Shown here piece by piece: positions 1 to 9,180 of a stretch of DNA of 32,000 nt. How positions within the stretch are numbered: position 1 is the stretch's first letter; every line of letters starts with the position of its first letter. A program made the translations under genes and the position numbers. A model generated the notes under the pieces. The model had not been told where the DNA came from and did not search any database. It saw only the letters and a program-made list of their open reading frames with translations. Source of the DNA: Actinokineospora alba (lineage in GTDB: Bacteria > Actinomycetota > Actinomycetes > Mycobacteriales > Pseudonocardiaceae); contig NZ_SNXU01000001.1 in assembly GCF_004362515.1 (NCBI RefSeq), positions 3,757,633 through 3,789,632 of the forward strand. The letters are read 5' to 3'.

Positions 1-668
1 CGGTCACCGTGCAGTCGGTCAAGGTGCGCGAGCTGCCCGAGGCCGACGACGACTTCGCCCAGCTGGCCAGCGAGTTCGACACCATCGACGAGCTGCGCGC
101 CGACCTGCGCGAGCGCCTCACCCGGGTCAAGAAGATGCAGCAGGGCGTGCAGGCCCGCGACAAGGTCCTCGAGGCCCTGTTGGAGCAGGTCGACGTGCCG
201 CTGCCGGAGAAGGTCGTCGAGGCCGAGGTCGACTCCCGCCAGCACGACGCCGTGCACTCGTTCGACCACGACCAGGACAAGCTCAACGAGTTCCTGGCCA
301 CCCAGGACCAGACCCGCGAGGACTTCGACACCGAGGTCCGCGCCGACGCCGAGAAGGCGGTCCGGACCCAGCTGATCCTGGACTCGATCGCCGAGTCCGA
401 GCAGGTCCAGGTCAACGACGGCGAGCTGACCGAGCGGATCATCTACCAGGCGCAGCGCTTCGGTGTGAGCCCGGACGAGTACGTCCAGCGCGCGCAGCAG
501 TCCGGCCAGCTCGGCGCCATCTTCGCCGACGTCCGCCGCGGCAAGGCGCTGGCCTCGGTCGTGCGCCAGGCCACGGTGACCGACGCCTCGGGCAACAAGG
601 TCGATCTGGAAGAGCTTTTCGGCAAGGTCGAGGATGCGCCCGCCCCCGAGGTGGCCGCGGCCGAGTAG
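1..668 (+). CDS. tig: Trigger factor, C-terminal part (5' end cut by window edge)
   Basis: The reading frame is open from the window start (same frame as ORF 9..668) and stops at TAG 666-668. The translation is an acidic helical C-terminal chaperone domain. It lies directly upstream of clpP1-clpP2-clpX, the conserved actinobacterial order. Confidence 0.88.
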   Translation, partial: VTVQSVKVRELPEADDDFAQLASEFDTIDELRADLRERLTRVKKMQQGVQARDKVLEALLEQVDVPLPEKVVEAEVDSRQHDAVHSFDHDQDKLNEFLATQDQTREDFDTEVRADAEKAVRTQLILDSIAESEQVQVNDGELTERIIYQAQRFGVSPDEYVQRAQQSGQLGAIFADVRRGKALASVVRQATVTDASGNKVDLEELFGKVEDAPAPEVAAAE

Positions 669-686
669 CCGAGGAAATAGCTTTGA

Positions 687-697
687 CGCTCTGAGCG
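687..697. promoter_or_regulatory. Candidate ClgR-type operator upstream of clpP1 (CGCTC-T-GAGCG, i.e. CGC-N5-GCG followed by AA)
   Basis: A perfect 5+5 inverted repeat lies in the tig-clpP1 intergenic region. It matches the CGC-N5-GCG core reported for actinobacterial ClgR sites at clp promoters. No ClgR gene is in the window. Confidence 0.3.
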
Positions 698-793
698 AAA
701 GTGGGCGGTGTCGGGAAGTCGGCGCCGCCCGCCTTCGTTAGTGTCGGTTACGAGATCACTGGTTCGTATGAATTTGGGAGAAGGCAGGCAGAC

Positions 794-1402
794 GTGACGC
801 AGCACCTCTCGCCCCACATGCGGTCCGCCACCGCGGGGCTCAACCTGAACGACTCGGTGTACGAGCGGCTGCTCCGTGAGCGCATCGTCTTCCTCGGCTC
901 CGAGGTCGATGACGACATCGCCAACCGGATCACCGCGCAGCTGCTCCTGCTCGCGGCCGAGGACCCCGAGAAGGACATCACCTTCTACATCAACTCGCCG
1001 GGTGGATCGGTCACCGCGGGCATGGCGATCTACGACACGATGGAACTCATCGAGCCCGACGTGGCGACCTGGGGTATGGGCCTGGCGGCGTCCATGGGCC
1101 AGTTCCTGCTCGCCTCGGGCACCCCTGGCAAGCGCTACGCCCTGAAGCACGCGCGGATCATGATGCACCAGCCGTCCGCGGGTGTCGGCGGAACGGCGTC
1201 CGACATCGCCATCCGCGCGCAGGTCTACGCCAAGTGGAAGCACGAGATGGCGCTCATCACCGCCGAGCAGACCGGTCAGACCGTCGAGAAGATCACCGCC
1301 GACGCGGACCGCGACCGCTGGTTCACCGCCGAGGAGGCCAAGGAGTACGGCTTCATCGACCACGTGGTCGCCCGTGCGACGCAGGCCCCCAACACCAACT
1401 GA
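794..1402 (+). CDS. clpP1: ATP-dependent Clp protease proteolytic subunit ClpP1
   Basis: ORF 701..1402. ClpP motifs are present (YINSPGGSV, active-site Ser context MGQFLL, MMHQPS). The N-terminus resembles mycobacterial ClpP1 (..MRS....[10 protein letters not shown]). Start chosen at in-frame GTG 794, 9 nt after GGGAGAAGG (776-784). The track start at 701 is probably an upstream extension. Confidence 0.93.
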   Translation: MTQHLSPHMRSATAGLNLNDSVYERLLRERIVFLGSEVDDDIANRITAQLLLLAAEDPEKDITFYINSPGGSVTAGMAIYDTMELIEPDVATWGMGLAASMGQFLLASGTPGKRYALKHARIMMHQPSAGVGGTASDIAIRAQVYAKWKHEMALITAEQTGQTVEKITADADRDRWFTAEEAKEYGFIDHVVARATQAPNTN

Positions 1403-1450
1403 CGGCCTCGCCGCGTTGCCACGGCTGATGAGCCAAGACAGGAGCTACTT

Positions 1451-2080
1451 GTGAGTGGAATGCAGCTTCCCCAGTCCCGCTACGTGCTGCCGTCGTTCGT
1501 CGAGCGCACGAGCTACGGGGTCAAGGAATCCAACCCGTACAACAAGCTGTTCGAAGAGCGGGTCATCTTCCTCGGCGTGCAGATCGACGACGCGTCGGCC
1601 AACGACGTCATGGCGCAGCTGATCTACCTGGAGTCGGCCGACCCCGACCGGGACATCACGATGTACATCAACTCCCCGGGTGGCTCGTTCACCTCGCTGA
1701 TGGCCATCTACGACACGATGCAGTACGTGCGTCCCGACATCCAGACGTTCTGCCTGGGCCAGGCGGCCTCGGCGGCGGCGGTGCTGCTGGCGGCGGGCAC
1801 CCCGGGCAAGCGGTTCGCCCTGCCCAACGCGCGGGTGATGATCCACCAGCCCTCCACCGAGGGTGTCTACGGTCAGGTCTCCGACCTGGAGATCCAGGCC
1901 GCCGAGATCCAGCGCGTGCGCCAGCTGCTGGAGATCACCCTGGCCCGCCACACCGGCAAGGACGAGGCCCAGGTCCGCTCCGACATCGAGCGCGACAAGA
2001 TCCTCACCGCGGCCGAGGCGAAGGACTACGGCATCATCGATGAGGTCCTGCCGTACCGCAAGCTGTCGGCCAAGGGCTAG
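1451..2080 (+). CDS. clpP2: ATP-dependent Clp protease proteolytic subunit ClpP2
   Basis: The translation closely resembles mycobacterial ClpP2 ([47 protein letters not shown]). GTG start at 1451 lies 6 nt after GGAG (1441-1444). Confidence 0.95.
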   Translation: MSGMQLPQSRYVLPSFVERTSYGVKESNPYNKLFEERVIFLGVQIDDASANDVMAQLIYLESADPDRDITMYINSPGGSFTSLMAIYDTMQYVRPDIQTFCLGQAASAAAVLLAAGTPGKRFALPNARVMIHQPSTEGVYGQVSDLEIQAAEIQRVRQLLEITLARHTGKDEAQVRSDIERDKILTAAEAKDYGIIDEVLPYRKLSAKG

Positions 2081-2359
2081 ACCTTTCGACCCGGCGCGGA
2101 CGAATTCAGCAAGAAAGTGACCGACACGCGGGGCCTTCTGGGCTTACCGTAGGTAGCTAGGGCTTTCGACCGGAATCGGCCGCGCCGGGTGCGGGATCTC
2201 CCGCTCCGCGGGGTTTGGCAGGTACCGTCGAGGGCAACGGACGGGCATGGGCCCGCACATCGGGTGAACGAACCCGAGGCGCGGGGGGTTCCCAGGCGCG
2301 GACGCCACACAGCAGGCGCACTCACCTGAGTGGGCCGGAGGGGACAAAGGTCAGCGGTC

Positions 2360-3661
2360 ATGGCACGTATCGGTGACGGCGGAGACCTGCTCAAGTGCTC
2401 TTTCTGCGGAAAGAGCCAGAAGCAGGTGAAGAAGCTCATCGCCGGCCCCGGCGTCTACATCTGTGACGAGTGCATAGACCTGTGCAACGAGATCATCGAG
2501 GAGGAGCTGGCCGAGGCCGGCGACGTCAAACTCGATGAGCTCCCCAAGCCTGCCGAGATCCATGACTTCCTCGACAGCTATGTCATTGGCCAGGACGATG
2601 CCAAGCGTTCGCTCGCCGTGGCGGTATACAACCACTACAAGCGCATCCAGGCGGGCGACCGCGCCCGTCCCGAGGGCCGTGAGGGCCGGGAATCGCGCGA
2701 GGACACCGTCGAGCTGGCGAAGTCCAACATCCTCATGCTCGGCCCCACCGGCTGCGGCAAGACCTACCTCGCGCAGACGCTGGCGAAGCTGCTGAACGTT
2801 CCGTTCGCCATCGCCGACGCCACCGCGCTGACCGAGGCGGGCTACGTGGGCGAGGACGTCGAGAACATCCTGCTGAAGCTGATCCAGGCCGCCGACTACG
2901 ACGTCAAGCGCGCCGAGACCGGCATCATCTACATCGACGAGGTCGACAAGATCGCCCGAAAGAGCGAAAATCCGTCGATCACCCGCGACGTGTCCGGTGA
3001 GGGCGTGCAGCAGGCGCTGCTGAAGATCCTCGAGGGCACCACTGCGAGCGTCCCGCCGCAGGGCGGCCGCAAGCACCCGCACCAGGAGTTCATCCAGATC
3101 GACACGACGAACGTGCTGTTCATCGTGGCGGGCGCCTTCGCCGGTCTGGAGCGCATCATCCAGGACCGCGTGGGCAAGCGCGGCCTGGGCTTCGGCGCGG
3201 AGATCCGCTCGAAGGCCGACATCGACAACGCGGACTTCTTCTCCGACACGATGCCGGAAGACCTGATCAAGTTCGGCCTGATCCCCGAGTTCATCGGGCG
3301 TCTGCCGGTCCTGGCCAGCGTCACCAACCTCGACAAGGAGTCCCTGGTCCAGATCTTGACCGCGCCGAAGAACGCGCTGGTCAAGCAGTACCAGAAGCTC
3401 TTCGAGATGGACGGCGTCGAGCTGGAGTTCACCCCCACCGCGCTCGAAGCGGTCGCCGACCAGGCGATCCTGCGCGGCACGGGTGCCCGAGGCCTGCGCG
3501 CGATCATGGAGGAAGTCCTGCAGTCGGTGATGTACGACATCCCGAGCCGCACGGACGTCGCCAAGGTCGTCATCACCGAGCAGACGGTCCGCGAGAACGT
3601 CAACCCGACCATCGTCTCCCGCCAACCTTCCCGACGGGAGCGCCGCGAGAAGTCCGCCTGA
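2360..3661 (+). CDS. clpX: ATP-dependent Clp protease ATP-binding subunit ClpX
   Basis: N-terminal zinc-binding CSFCGK...CDECIDLC. Walker A GPTGCGKT and Walker [10 protein letters not shown]. Start taken at ATG 2360 ([17 protein letters not shown]), the canonical ClpX N-terminus. The track start at 2330 adds 10 unlikely residues. Confidence 0.96.
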   Translation: MARIGDGGDLLKCSFCGKSQKQVKKLIAGPGVYICDECIDLCNEIIEEELAEAGDVKLDELPKPAEIHDFLDSYVIGQDDAKRSLAVAVYNHYKRIQAGDRARPEGREGRESREDTVELAKSNILMLGPTGCGKTYLAQTLAKLLNVPFAIADATALTEAGYVGEDVENILLKLIQAADYDVKRAETGIIYIDEVDKIARKSENPSITRDVSGEGVQQALLKILEGTTASVPPQGGRKHPHQEFIQIDTTNVLFIVAGAFAGLERIIQDRVGKRGLGFGAEIRSKADIDNADFFSDTMPEDLIKFGLIPEFIGRLPVLASVTNLDKESLVQILTAPKNALVKQYQKLFEMDGVELEFTPTALEAVADQAILRGTGARGLRAIMEEVLQSVMYDIPSRTDVAKVVITEQTVRENVNPTIVSRQPSRRERREKSA

Positions 3662-3662
3662 C

Positions 3663-4271
3663 ATGGGCGGCGACTGGCCTTATGTCTTGCTGCTGCACGG
3701 CCTCACCGGCTCGGGCCGCGGCCACTGGCAGGGCTGGCTCGCACACGAACTGGCCGACGCGGGCGCGTCGGTCGAGGTCCCGGTGTTCAGCGAACCCGAC
3801 CACCCGTGTCTCGACACGTGGCTGGGCGAACTGAAACACCACCTCGAAGCCGCGCCCGCGAAGACCAAACGAGTCGTCATAGCCCAGGGCGTCGGCGCGG
3901 CACTGTGGCTCCACCACGCCGCCCGGACCCCACTGGACGACCACTCGCTGAGGGTGGACAACGTCCTCCTGGTAGCCCCACCCGGCGACTCCTGGCATGC
4001 CCCGGACGTCCGCGGCTTCACCCCAGTCCCCCTCGACGCAGCAGGCATCCGCCGTGCGGCCGGTTGGACCCAGTTGGCCACCGGCGAGGACGACGAGTGC
4101 CTGCCGGTGGACGAGGCGGTGAAGATGGCGGCGGAGCTGAAGATCGACCTGGACGTGATCCCAGCAGGCGGTGCCTTGGACACGAGGACCGGCTATGGCC
4201 CGTGGCCATCGGTCCTGGAGTGGATCCGCAACCGCCACACCCGCCTGACCGCAGTGGAACCCGCCTCCTGA
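3663..4271 (+). CDS. YdeN/RBBP9-family alpha/beta-hydrolase-fold protein, apparently lacking the Ser and His of the triad
   Basis: N-terminal [18 protein letters not shown] matches the family signature (ilHG..g....HW..WL). The nucleophile elbow position reads AQGVG instead of GHSLG. The Asp motif is retained ([10 protein letters not shown]). The final GGH position reads GGAL. The ATG lies 1 nt after the clpX stop. Confidence 0.6.
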   Translation: MGGDWPYVLLLHGLTGSGRGHWQGWLAHELADAGASVEVPVFSEPDHPCLDTWLGELKHHLEAAPAKTKRVVIAQGVGAALWLHHAARTPLDDHSLRVDNVLLVAPPGDSWHAPDVRGFTPVPLDAAGIRRAAGWTQLATGEDDECLPVDEAVKMAAELKIDLDVIPAGGALDTRTGYGPWPSVLEWIRNRHTRLTAVEPAS

Positions 4272-4336
4272 CGCAGAATCCCGCTTCCTGCCGCAGAGCA
4301 GGGCGGCCATAGCAGGCAAACGGCCAAATAGAGCAG

Positions 4337-4478
4337 CCTGTGTCTGGCGATCAACGCGCGATCTGGACAGCAGCCCCATCCCGTGAACGCAAGTGGCCAT
4401 CCTGATGGCCTGTTTCTGGTGGTCAACGCGCTTCAAAAGCGGTCCCACCCCCTGAACGCAACGGGCCAGCACCAACGG
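4337..4478. repeat. Two diverged ~70-72-bp direct repeat units leading into the palindromic element
   Basis: Units start at 4337 and 4409, each beginning cctgtKtctggYgRtcaacgcgc and ending ..tgaacgcaa..ggcc.. A third unit start at 4479 begins the palindromic element. One related unit is seen in reverse complement after copy B (about 10909-10950). Confidence 0.6.
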
Positions 4479-4617
4479 CCTGTTTGGGTGGTTCGCCTTG
4501 ATTTGGGGTGAAATGGGCCTAAACTTCCTGCGCGGGTGGGTTTCACCTCCCCACCCTCTTTGCCCGCGCAGGCCCATTTCTAGGGGTCCCCAAATCAAGG
4601 CGAACCACCCAAACAGG
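4479..4617. repeat. Nested-palindromic intergenic repeat, copy A (30-bp terminal inverted arms plus inner stems)
   Basis: Arms are 4479-4508 cctgtttgggtggttcgccttgatttgggg and 4588-4617 ccccaaatcaaggcgaaccacccaaacagg, a perfect reverse complement. Inner stems are gaaatgggcc/ggcccatttc and cctgcgcggg/cccgcgcagg. It lies between the convergent 3' ends of the hydrolase and the esterase. Confidence 0.85.
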
Positions 4618-4643
4618 CACCACAACGCGAGCGAACAAGCAGG

Positions 4644-5522
4644 TCAGGCCTTGCGGCTCACAGCAGGAGCATGCCGCCCCAAGAACCCCAAAACATCCGG
4701 CACAATCCGCCGATAAAACCCATCCCCATGCCCCCCAGGCCCCATGTACCCAACCTCAGGAGAAGCCAGCCGAATAAACTTCCGAGTCCCTTCAATAAAA
4801 TGATCCTCAGTCCCACACCAAACACCCACAGGAACACGCCCAAGCTTCTCCACATTGCGCAGAGGATCGAGCGACGCCCATTCCTGAGTGCTCTTGAACG
4901 CCCGCCGAGTACTCATCTCACGCCACGACATCAGCAGCCCAGGCGAGATCGCCGCGACGGCGGACAGTGGGACGCGCATCTCTTCACGCCGGCGGGCATA
5001 AAGCAAAGCCCCAAACCCGCCCATAGACACCCCGGCGCACGCGAACGGCGTCCCAGTGGCATCCCCAAGTCCCCGAGCCCGCAACCACCGCGGAACCTCC
5101 TCGAGCAACATCGCCATCGCGTTGTCGCCGACCCGGTTCTCGTGCCAGTAGTTGTTGCCGCCGTCCACGGCGATGAACCCGAACGGCGGTAGCGTCCCCG
5201 CCGCCACGCCACGGGCAAGGGCGGCGGGCAGTCCGGTGGGGGCGGCGTGGCGGGCGCGGCCGTGCAGGCCGTGCAGGAGCACGCACATCGGCAGGTTCTT
5301 GGTCGGCAGCTGGGCGGGCAGGATGGTCACGACGTCGACGTCTTGGCCGCGGGCAGCGGAGAACACCCGGTCGGTGCGCACCAGCGGCTCCGGCGCGGCC
5401 CCGGTGGTCACGAGGTCCAGCCACGGCAGCGACCCAGAGACCACCCCGGTCGCCGCCAAGCCGGCGGCGCCCGCGATCAGCAGTGACCGGCGGCTGAGCC
5501 CTGGTCTTCCCCCGTCCCCCAT
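4644..5522 (-). CDS. Secreted (Tat-signal) esterase-family alpha/beta hydrolase
   Basis: N-terminal twin-arginine signal SRRSLLIAGAAGLAATG. Nucleophile elbow GVSMGG. The HGLHG and WCGTEDHF motifs resemble the esterase D / putative esterase family. GGAGGGGG lies upstream of ATG 5522. Confidence 0.75.
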   Translation of the reverse strand: MGDGGRPGLSRRSLLIAGAAGLAATGVVSGSLPWLDLVTTGAAPEPLVRTDRVFSAARGQDVDVVTILPAQLPTKNLPMCVLLHGLHGRARHAAPTGLPAALARGVAAGTLPPFGFIAVDGGNNYWHENRVGDNAMAMLLEEVPRWLRARGLGDATGTPFACAGVSMGGFGALLYARRREEMRVPLSAVAAISPGLLMSWREMSTRRAFKSTQEWASLDPLRNVEKLGRVPVGVWCGTEDHFIEGTRKFIRLASPEVGYMGPGGHGDGFYRRIVPDVLGFLGRHAPAVSRKA

Positions 5523-5699
5523 GCGTCCCCCTCCGACGGACTGCCTTCTCCCCTTAGACGTACCAAGTCAGGCATTCGGTGGCCTGTCAGACGCCTTCGA
5601 TCACCCCATCGTGAGGGTGAACTCGAACGTTTCTCGGTTCACTGCTCCGAGAGTGCACCAAGATCGCTACGGAGCGCACCCGAACCGGCAACAAGATCG

Positions 5700-6881
5700 T
5701 TAACTGATCACTGACCGCGACCGCAGTGCGTCGACCTTCGAGGCCGGGTAGCCGAGCCAGTCGAGGACCGCGTCGGTGTGTTGTCCCAGCGTCGGGACGG
5801 GTGCGGGGTCCCAGGTCCAGGTGTCGGCGTCGACTGGCGGGCGAAGCATGGGCACCGAGCCGCCCGGTACCGGGACGGTCGACCAGCGGTCGCGGGCGAC
5901 CAGCTGCGGGTGCGATGTCAGTTCGGTCACACCCCGTGTCCGGGCGGCCGGGACGTCGGCGGCGTCGAGCGCGGCGAGCAGGGTGTCGGCGTCGACGGCG
6001 TCGAACGACGGCTGCAGTTCGGCGTGCAGATCGGCCCGGTGCGCGACCCGGTCGGACACCGTCCGGTACCGGGGGTGGTCGGCCAGCTCGGGCCGCCCGA
6101 TGACCGACGCGCACAGCCGCCGCCACTGCCCGTCGTTCTGCACGGCCAGGTGGACCGCGCCGCCGTCCCCGCAGGCGAACGGCCCGTACGGGGCGATGGT
6201 CGGGTGGTGCGCGCCGTGCCTGCCGGGCGACGAGCCGGTGCCGTGCGCGTACAGCGCGGGCTGGTGCATCCACTCGGCGAGCGCCTCCATCAGCGTCAGC
6301 CGCAGCGTCGCCCCCTCACCGGTCCGCCCCCGTCGCACCAGCGCGGCCAGCACTGCGGCGTGCAGCTGGACGCCCGCGGCGATGTCGGCCACGGAGATCC
6401 CGGCCCGCGCCATCGACGGCCCGTCGCCGGTCGTCGCGACCAGCCCGGTCTCGGACTGGATGAGCGCGTCGAACGCCTTGCGCTCGCCGTACGGCCCGCC
6501 CTCGCCGTAGGACGACAGCTCGGCGGCGATCAACCCGGGATGGCGCGCGCGAACGGTATCCACGTCGAGCCCGAGGCGGCGGGCGGCGCCGGGGGAGAGG
6601 TTGCACATCACCACGTCGGCGCGCGAGAGCAGCTCCTCGACGATCGCCAGCCCATCGGCCTGTTTGAGGTCGACCGCCACCGACTCCTTGCCGACGTTGG
6701 TCCACGCGAAGTAGCTCGACACGTCGCCGCACGAGCTGTCGTAGTCGCGGGCGAAGTCGCCGGACCCCGGCCGCTCGATCTTGATCACCCGGGCGCCCAG
6801 GTCGGCCAGCAGCCGGGTCGCGTAGGGCACGGCCACCGCCTGCTCCAGGCTGATCACGACCATCCCGTCGAGCGGCTTCAC
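5700..6881 (-). CDS. Family III (CaiB/BaiF) CoA-transferase
   Basis: ORF 5700..7112. The N-terminus after V78 reads [42 protein letters not shown], a typical family III signature. GTG 6881 overlaps the fdhD stop (GTGA). The 77 residues upstream in the track ORF are G/R/A-rich and overlap fdhD. Confidence 0.85.
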   Translation of the reverse strand: MKPLDGMVVISLEQAVAVPYATRLLADLGARVIKIERPGSGDFARDYDSSCGDVSSYFAWTNVGKESVAVDLKQADGLAIVEELLSRADVVMCNLSPGAARRLGLDVDTVRARHPGLIAAELSSYGEGGPYGERKAFDALIQSETGLVATTGDGPSMARAGISVADIAAGVQLHAAVLAALVRRGRTGEGATLRLTLMEALAEWMHQPALYAHGTGSSPGRHGAHHPTIAPYGPFACGDGGAVHLAVQNDGQWRRLCASVIGRPELADHPRYRTVSDRVAHRADLHAELQPSFDAVDADTLLAALDAADVPAARTRGVTELTSHPQLVARDRWSTVPVPGGSVPMLRPPVDADTWTWDPAPVPTLGQHTDAVLDWLGYPASKVDALRSRSVIS

Positions 6882-7699
6882 CCGATCCGCCCGACGCCCG
6901 CGTACACGTTCATGGCCGAGTCGCGCAGGAACCCGATCAGCGTCATCCCCTGCTCCTCGGCCAGGTCGGCCGCCAGCGACGACGGCGCCGACACGGCCGC
7001 GAGCACCGGCACCCCGGCCATCGCCGCCTTCTGTACCAGCTCGAACGACGTCCGCCCGGACACCATCAGCACCATCCCGCGCAGCGGCACCCGGTCGGCC
7101 AGCAGGGCCCACCCGAGCACCTTGTCGACGGCGTTGTGCCTGCCCACGTCCTCGCGGACCACCAGCGCCTCCCCGGACGCGGTGAACAGCCCCGCCGCGT
7201 GCAGCCCGCCGGTGCTCTCGAAGACCTTCTGCTGCTCCCGAAGCTGTCCCGGCAGCGTGTGCAGGACATCGGCGGCGACCGTCACGTCGTCCTCGGCCGG
7301 CGAGAACCGCGTCCGCAGCCGCACCGCGTCGAGCGCGGCCTTGCCGCAGACCCCGCAGGACGAAGTCGTGTAGAAGTTCCGCTCCACCCCGACCTCGGGC
7401 GCGGGCACCCCGTCGGCCAAGGCGACGTCGAGGACGTTGTAGGTGTTGCGCCCGTCCGCGTCGGCCCCGTCGCAGTACCGCGCGACGGAGACGTCCTCGC
7501 GGCCGCCGATCACGCCCTCGGTGAGCAGGAAGCCGTGCGCCAGCTCCACATCGTGTCCCGGCGTGCGCATCGTGACCGCCAGCGCCCGCCCGCCGACCCG
7601 AAGCTCCAGCGGCTCCTCCGCGGCCAGCGCGTCCGGCCGCGTGCGCCGCCCGTCGGCGCTCAGCCGCACCACAGACCTGCGCACCGTGACTCGTCCCAT
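6878..7699 (-). CDS. fdhD: Formate dehydrogenase accessory sulfurtransferase FdhD
   Basis: Diagnostic motifs SSCGVCGK and GRHNAVDK, with a length of 273 aa. Confidence 0.93.
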   Translation of the reverse strand: MGRVTVRRSVVRLSADGRRTRPDALAAEEPLELRVGGRALAVTMRTPGHDVELAHGFLLTEGVIGGREDVSVARYCDGADADGRNTYNVLDVALADGVPAPEVGVERNFYTTSSCGVCGKAALDAVRLRTRFSPAEDDVTVAADVLHTLPGQLREQQKVFESTGGLHAAGLFTASGEALVVREDVGRHNAVDKVLGWALLADRVPLRGMVLMVSGRTSFELVQKAAMAGVPVLAAVSAPSSLAADLAEEQGMTLIGFLRDSAMNVYAGVGRIG

Positions 7700-7773
7700 G
7701 CCACCAGCCTAAGGAAGGCCATCCTCGACGCCTGCGCCCGTCGGGGATGGCCTTCCGGTGCGGACCGCTCAGG

Positions 7774-9081
7774 TCACAGCCGCTGCCAGAGCGCCGGGAC
7801 GTTGGGCGGTTCCCACCCAGGCTGGGACGTGTGTCCCTGCCAGCACTTGTAGCTCGCCCCGCCGTAGGTGACCTGGGCGCCCGCCGCGTACGCGACGTGG
7901 GGCGCCCACGTGCCGCCCGGTGGGACGGTGGTGGTGGTCGGCGAGGTCGTGCCGGTCGGCGGGGTGGTGGTGCTGGTCGGCGGGGTGCCGGTCACGGTCA
8001 GCCGCAGGCCGTAGACGCTGAGGATCTCGTTGACCGGCTGGAAGTAGATCGTCCCGCCGGAGGTGCAGTTGCCCGAACCGCCGGACGTGACGCCCTGGGC
8101 CTGGTCGCCGGTGAGCCAGGAGCCACCGGAGTCGCCCGGTTCGGCGCAGGCGTTGGTCCTGGTCAGGCCGGTGATCGTGCCTTCGGGGTAGGTGACGGAG
8201 GCGTTCTTCTGCTGGATGGTGCCGCAGCGCCAGCCGGTGGTGGAGCCCGAGCGGCACACCGACGCGCCGACCGGGGCCTCGGTGGAGCCCGCGACCGGGA
8301 CCGTGCCCGGGTAGCGGTTGACCAGCGGCCGCGGGGTGTTGCCCGCCGCCGCCCGCACCCAGGCGTAGTCGTTGCCGGGGAAGCTCGACCCGACGACCGT
8401 CCCGCTGGGGTTGGAGGTGGCGGTGCCCGCGCGCCCGCAGTGGCCCGCGGTGACGAAGCCGCCTTCGACGGCGAAGCCGATCGAGCAGCGGCCGCTGCCG
8501 AAGGTGTAGGCGTTGCCGCCGATGATGTCGATCATCGGCTTGGGCGACTCCGTGGACGCCTCGACCCGGACCGCATCGACACCGTTCGCACCCGCCCACG
8601 CTTTCGCCGCGTCCTGGCTGCCTTGCTTGGCCAGGACGACGACGGAGTTGGTGGTGACGTCGACGTACCAGCCCGGCACGCCCGCGGGCGCGGACTTCGC
8701 CGCTGTGTCGAGCCGGTCCTTGAGGGCGCCGAGCTGGGCTTCGCTGCGTGCGACGGTCTGCGGGATCGCGCCGAGGGCACGGACCTGGTCGGCCTTGGTC
8801 TGGTCGGTCACCGCGACGATGAAGCGGGTCGCGTCGCCGTTGAGCCAGGCGCCGCCGAAGGACGCGCCGAGCCGGGCCCGCAGGGCGGCCTCGGTCTGGG
8901 CGGCGACCTTCTCCCGGCCGAGGCGCTGCCGGGCTTGCTCCGGGGTGATGTGCAGGTCTCGGGCGAGTGCGGCCTCCATGGACGTGTCCGCCGCGGCGGA
9001 CGGTGTGCTGAGCGCGACGGCGGTGGTGAAGCCGGCCACGCTGAGTGCCGCCAACGCGGCGGCGGTGATCTTTCGGTTCAT
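7774..9081 (-). CDS. Secreted S1E (streptogrisin / alpha-lytic) serine protease with C-terminal CBM5/12-like chitin-binding domain (streptogrisin C-like)
   Basis: ORF 7774..9783. The true start is ATG 9081 (MNRKITAAALAALSVAGFTTAVALSTPSAAA, a signal peptide). A prodomain follows. Catalytic contexts are TAGHCG and GDSGGS. A T/P-rich linker leads to the C-terminal AQVTYGGASYKCWQGHTSQPGWEPPNVPALWQRL. GGAGAG lies upstream of the ATG. Confidence 0.9.
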   Translation of the reverse strand: MNRKITAAALAALSVAGFTTAVALSTPSAAADTSMEAALARDLHITPEQARQRLGREKVAAQTEAALRARLGASFGGAWLNGDATRFIVAVTDQTKADQVRALGAIPQTVARSEAQLGALKDRLDTAAKSAPAGVPGWYVDVTTNSVVVLAKQGSQDAAKAWAGANGVDAVRVEASTESPKPMIDIIGGNAYTFGSGRCSIGFAVEGGFVTAGHCGRAGTATSNPSGTVVGSSFPGNDYAWVRAAAGNTPRPLVNRYPGTVPVAGSTEAPVGASVCRSGSTTGWRCGTIQQKNASVTYPEGTITGLTRTNACAEPGDSGGSWLTGDQAQGVTSGGSGNCTSGGTIYFQPVNEILSVYGLRLTVTGTPPTSTTTPPTGTTSPTTTTVPPGGTWAPHVAYAAGAQVTYGGASYKCWQGHTSQPGWEPPNVPALWQRL

Positions 9082-9138
9082 CCGCTCTCCAAGGCAGGGT
9101 GAGGTGGGACGCTCCGAGCTAAGCCCTCCACCGCCATA

Positions 9139-9154
9139 ATTGGTACATACCAAT
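9139..9154. promoter_or_regulatory. AT-rich operator-like palindrome ATTGGTA-ca-TACCAAT in the divergent protease/oxidoreductase promoter region
   Basis: 7+7 bp inverted repeat, followed by a half-site copy tGGTCATACC (9156-9165). It overlaps a CATAAT -10-like hexamer (9135-9140). It fits the GntR-type GT-Nx-AC pattern. The region is unusually AT-rich for this genome. Confidence 0.45.
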
Positions 9155-9180
9155 CTGGTCATACCGTTAAAGTCCGAAGG

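Noticed and set aside
2319-2332. A small palindrome, CACTCA-cc-TGAGTG, 28 nt upstream of the clpX start, within the 280-bp clpP2-clpX spacer.
   Set aside because: It has only 6-bp arms in a long GC-rich spacer, and I recognise no regulator motif. It could be a minor RNA hairpin or chance.
3600-4625. ORFs 3600..4625(-), 4498..4716(+), 10432..10899(-) and the 5' part of 10664..11368(+) share peptides such as GWFALI.GPLEMGL and ISRGP.IKANHPNR.
   Set aside because: The shared peptides are simply translations of the two copies of the palindromic DNA repeat. These ORFs run through intergenic repeats and overlap real genes, so this is not a conserved protein family.
5617-5642. An imperfect palindrome, GTGAAC-N14-GTTCAC, ~95 nt upstream of the esterase start.
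   Set aside because: It has short arms, no second copy in the window and no adjacent regulator, which is insufficient to call an operator.
5700-7112. N-terminal extensions in several track ORFs: 5700..7112, 7774..9783, 14060..15661, 26952..27731, 27479..29182, 29667..30848, 2330..3661, 701..1402 and 25717..26508.
   Set aside because: The extensions overlap the upstream gene or are low-complexity Arg/Gly-rich. Internal starts give canonical family N-termini and, in most cases, 4-nt stop/start overlaps or SD sequences.
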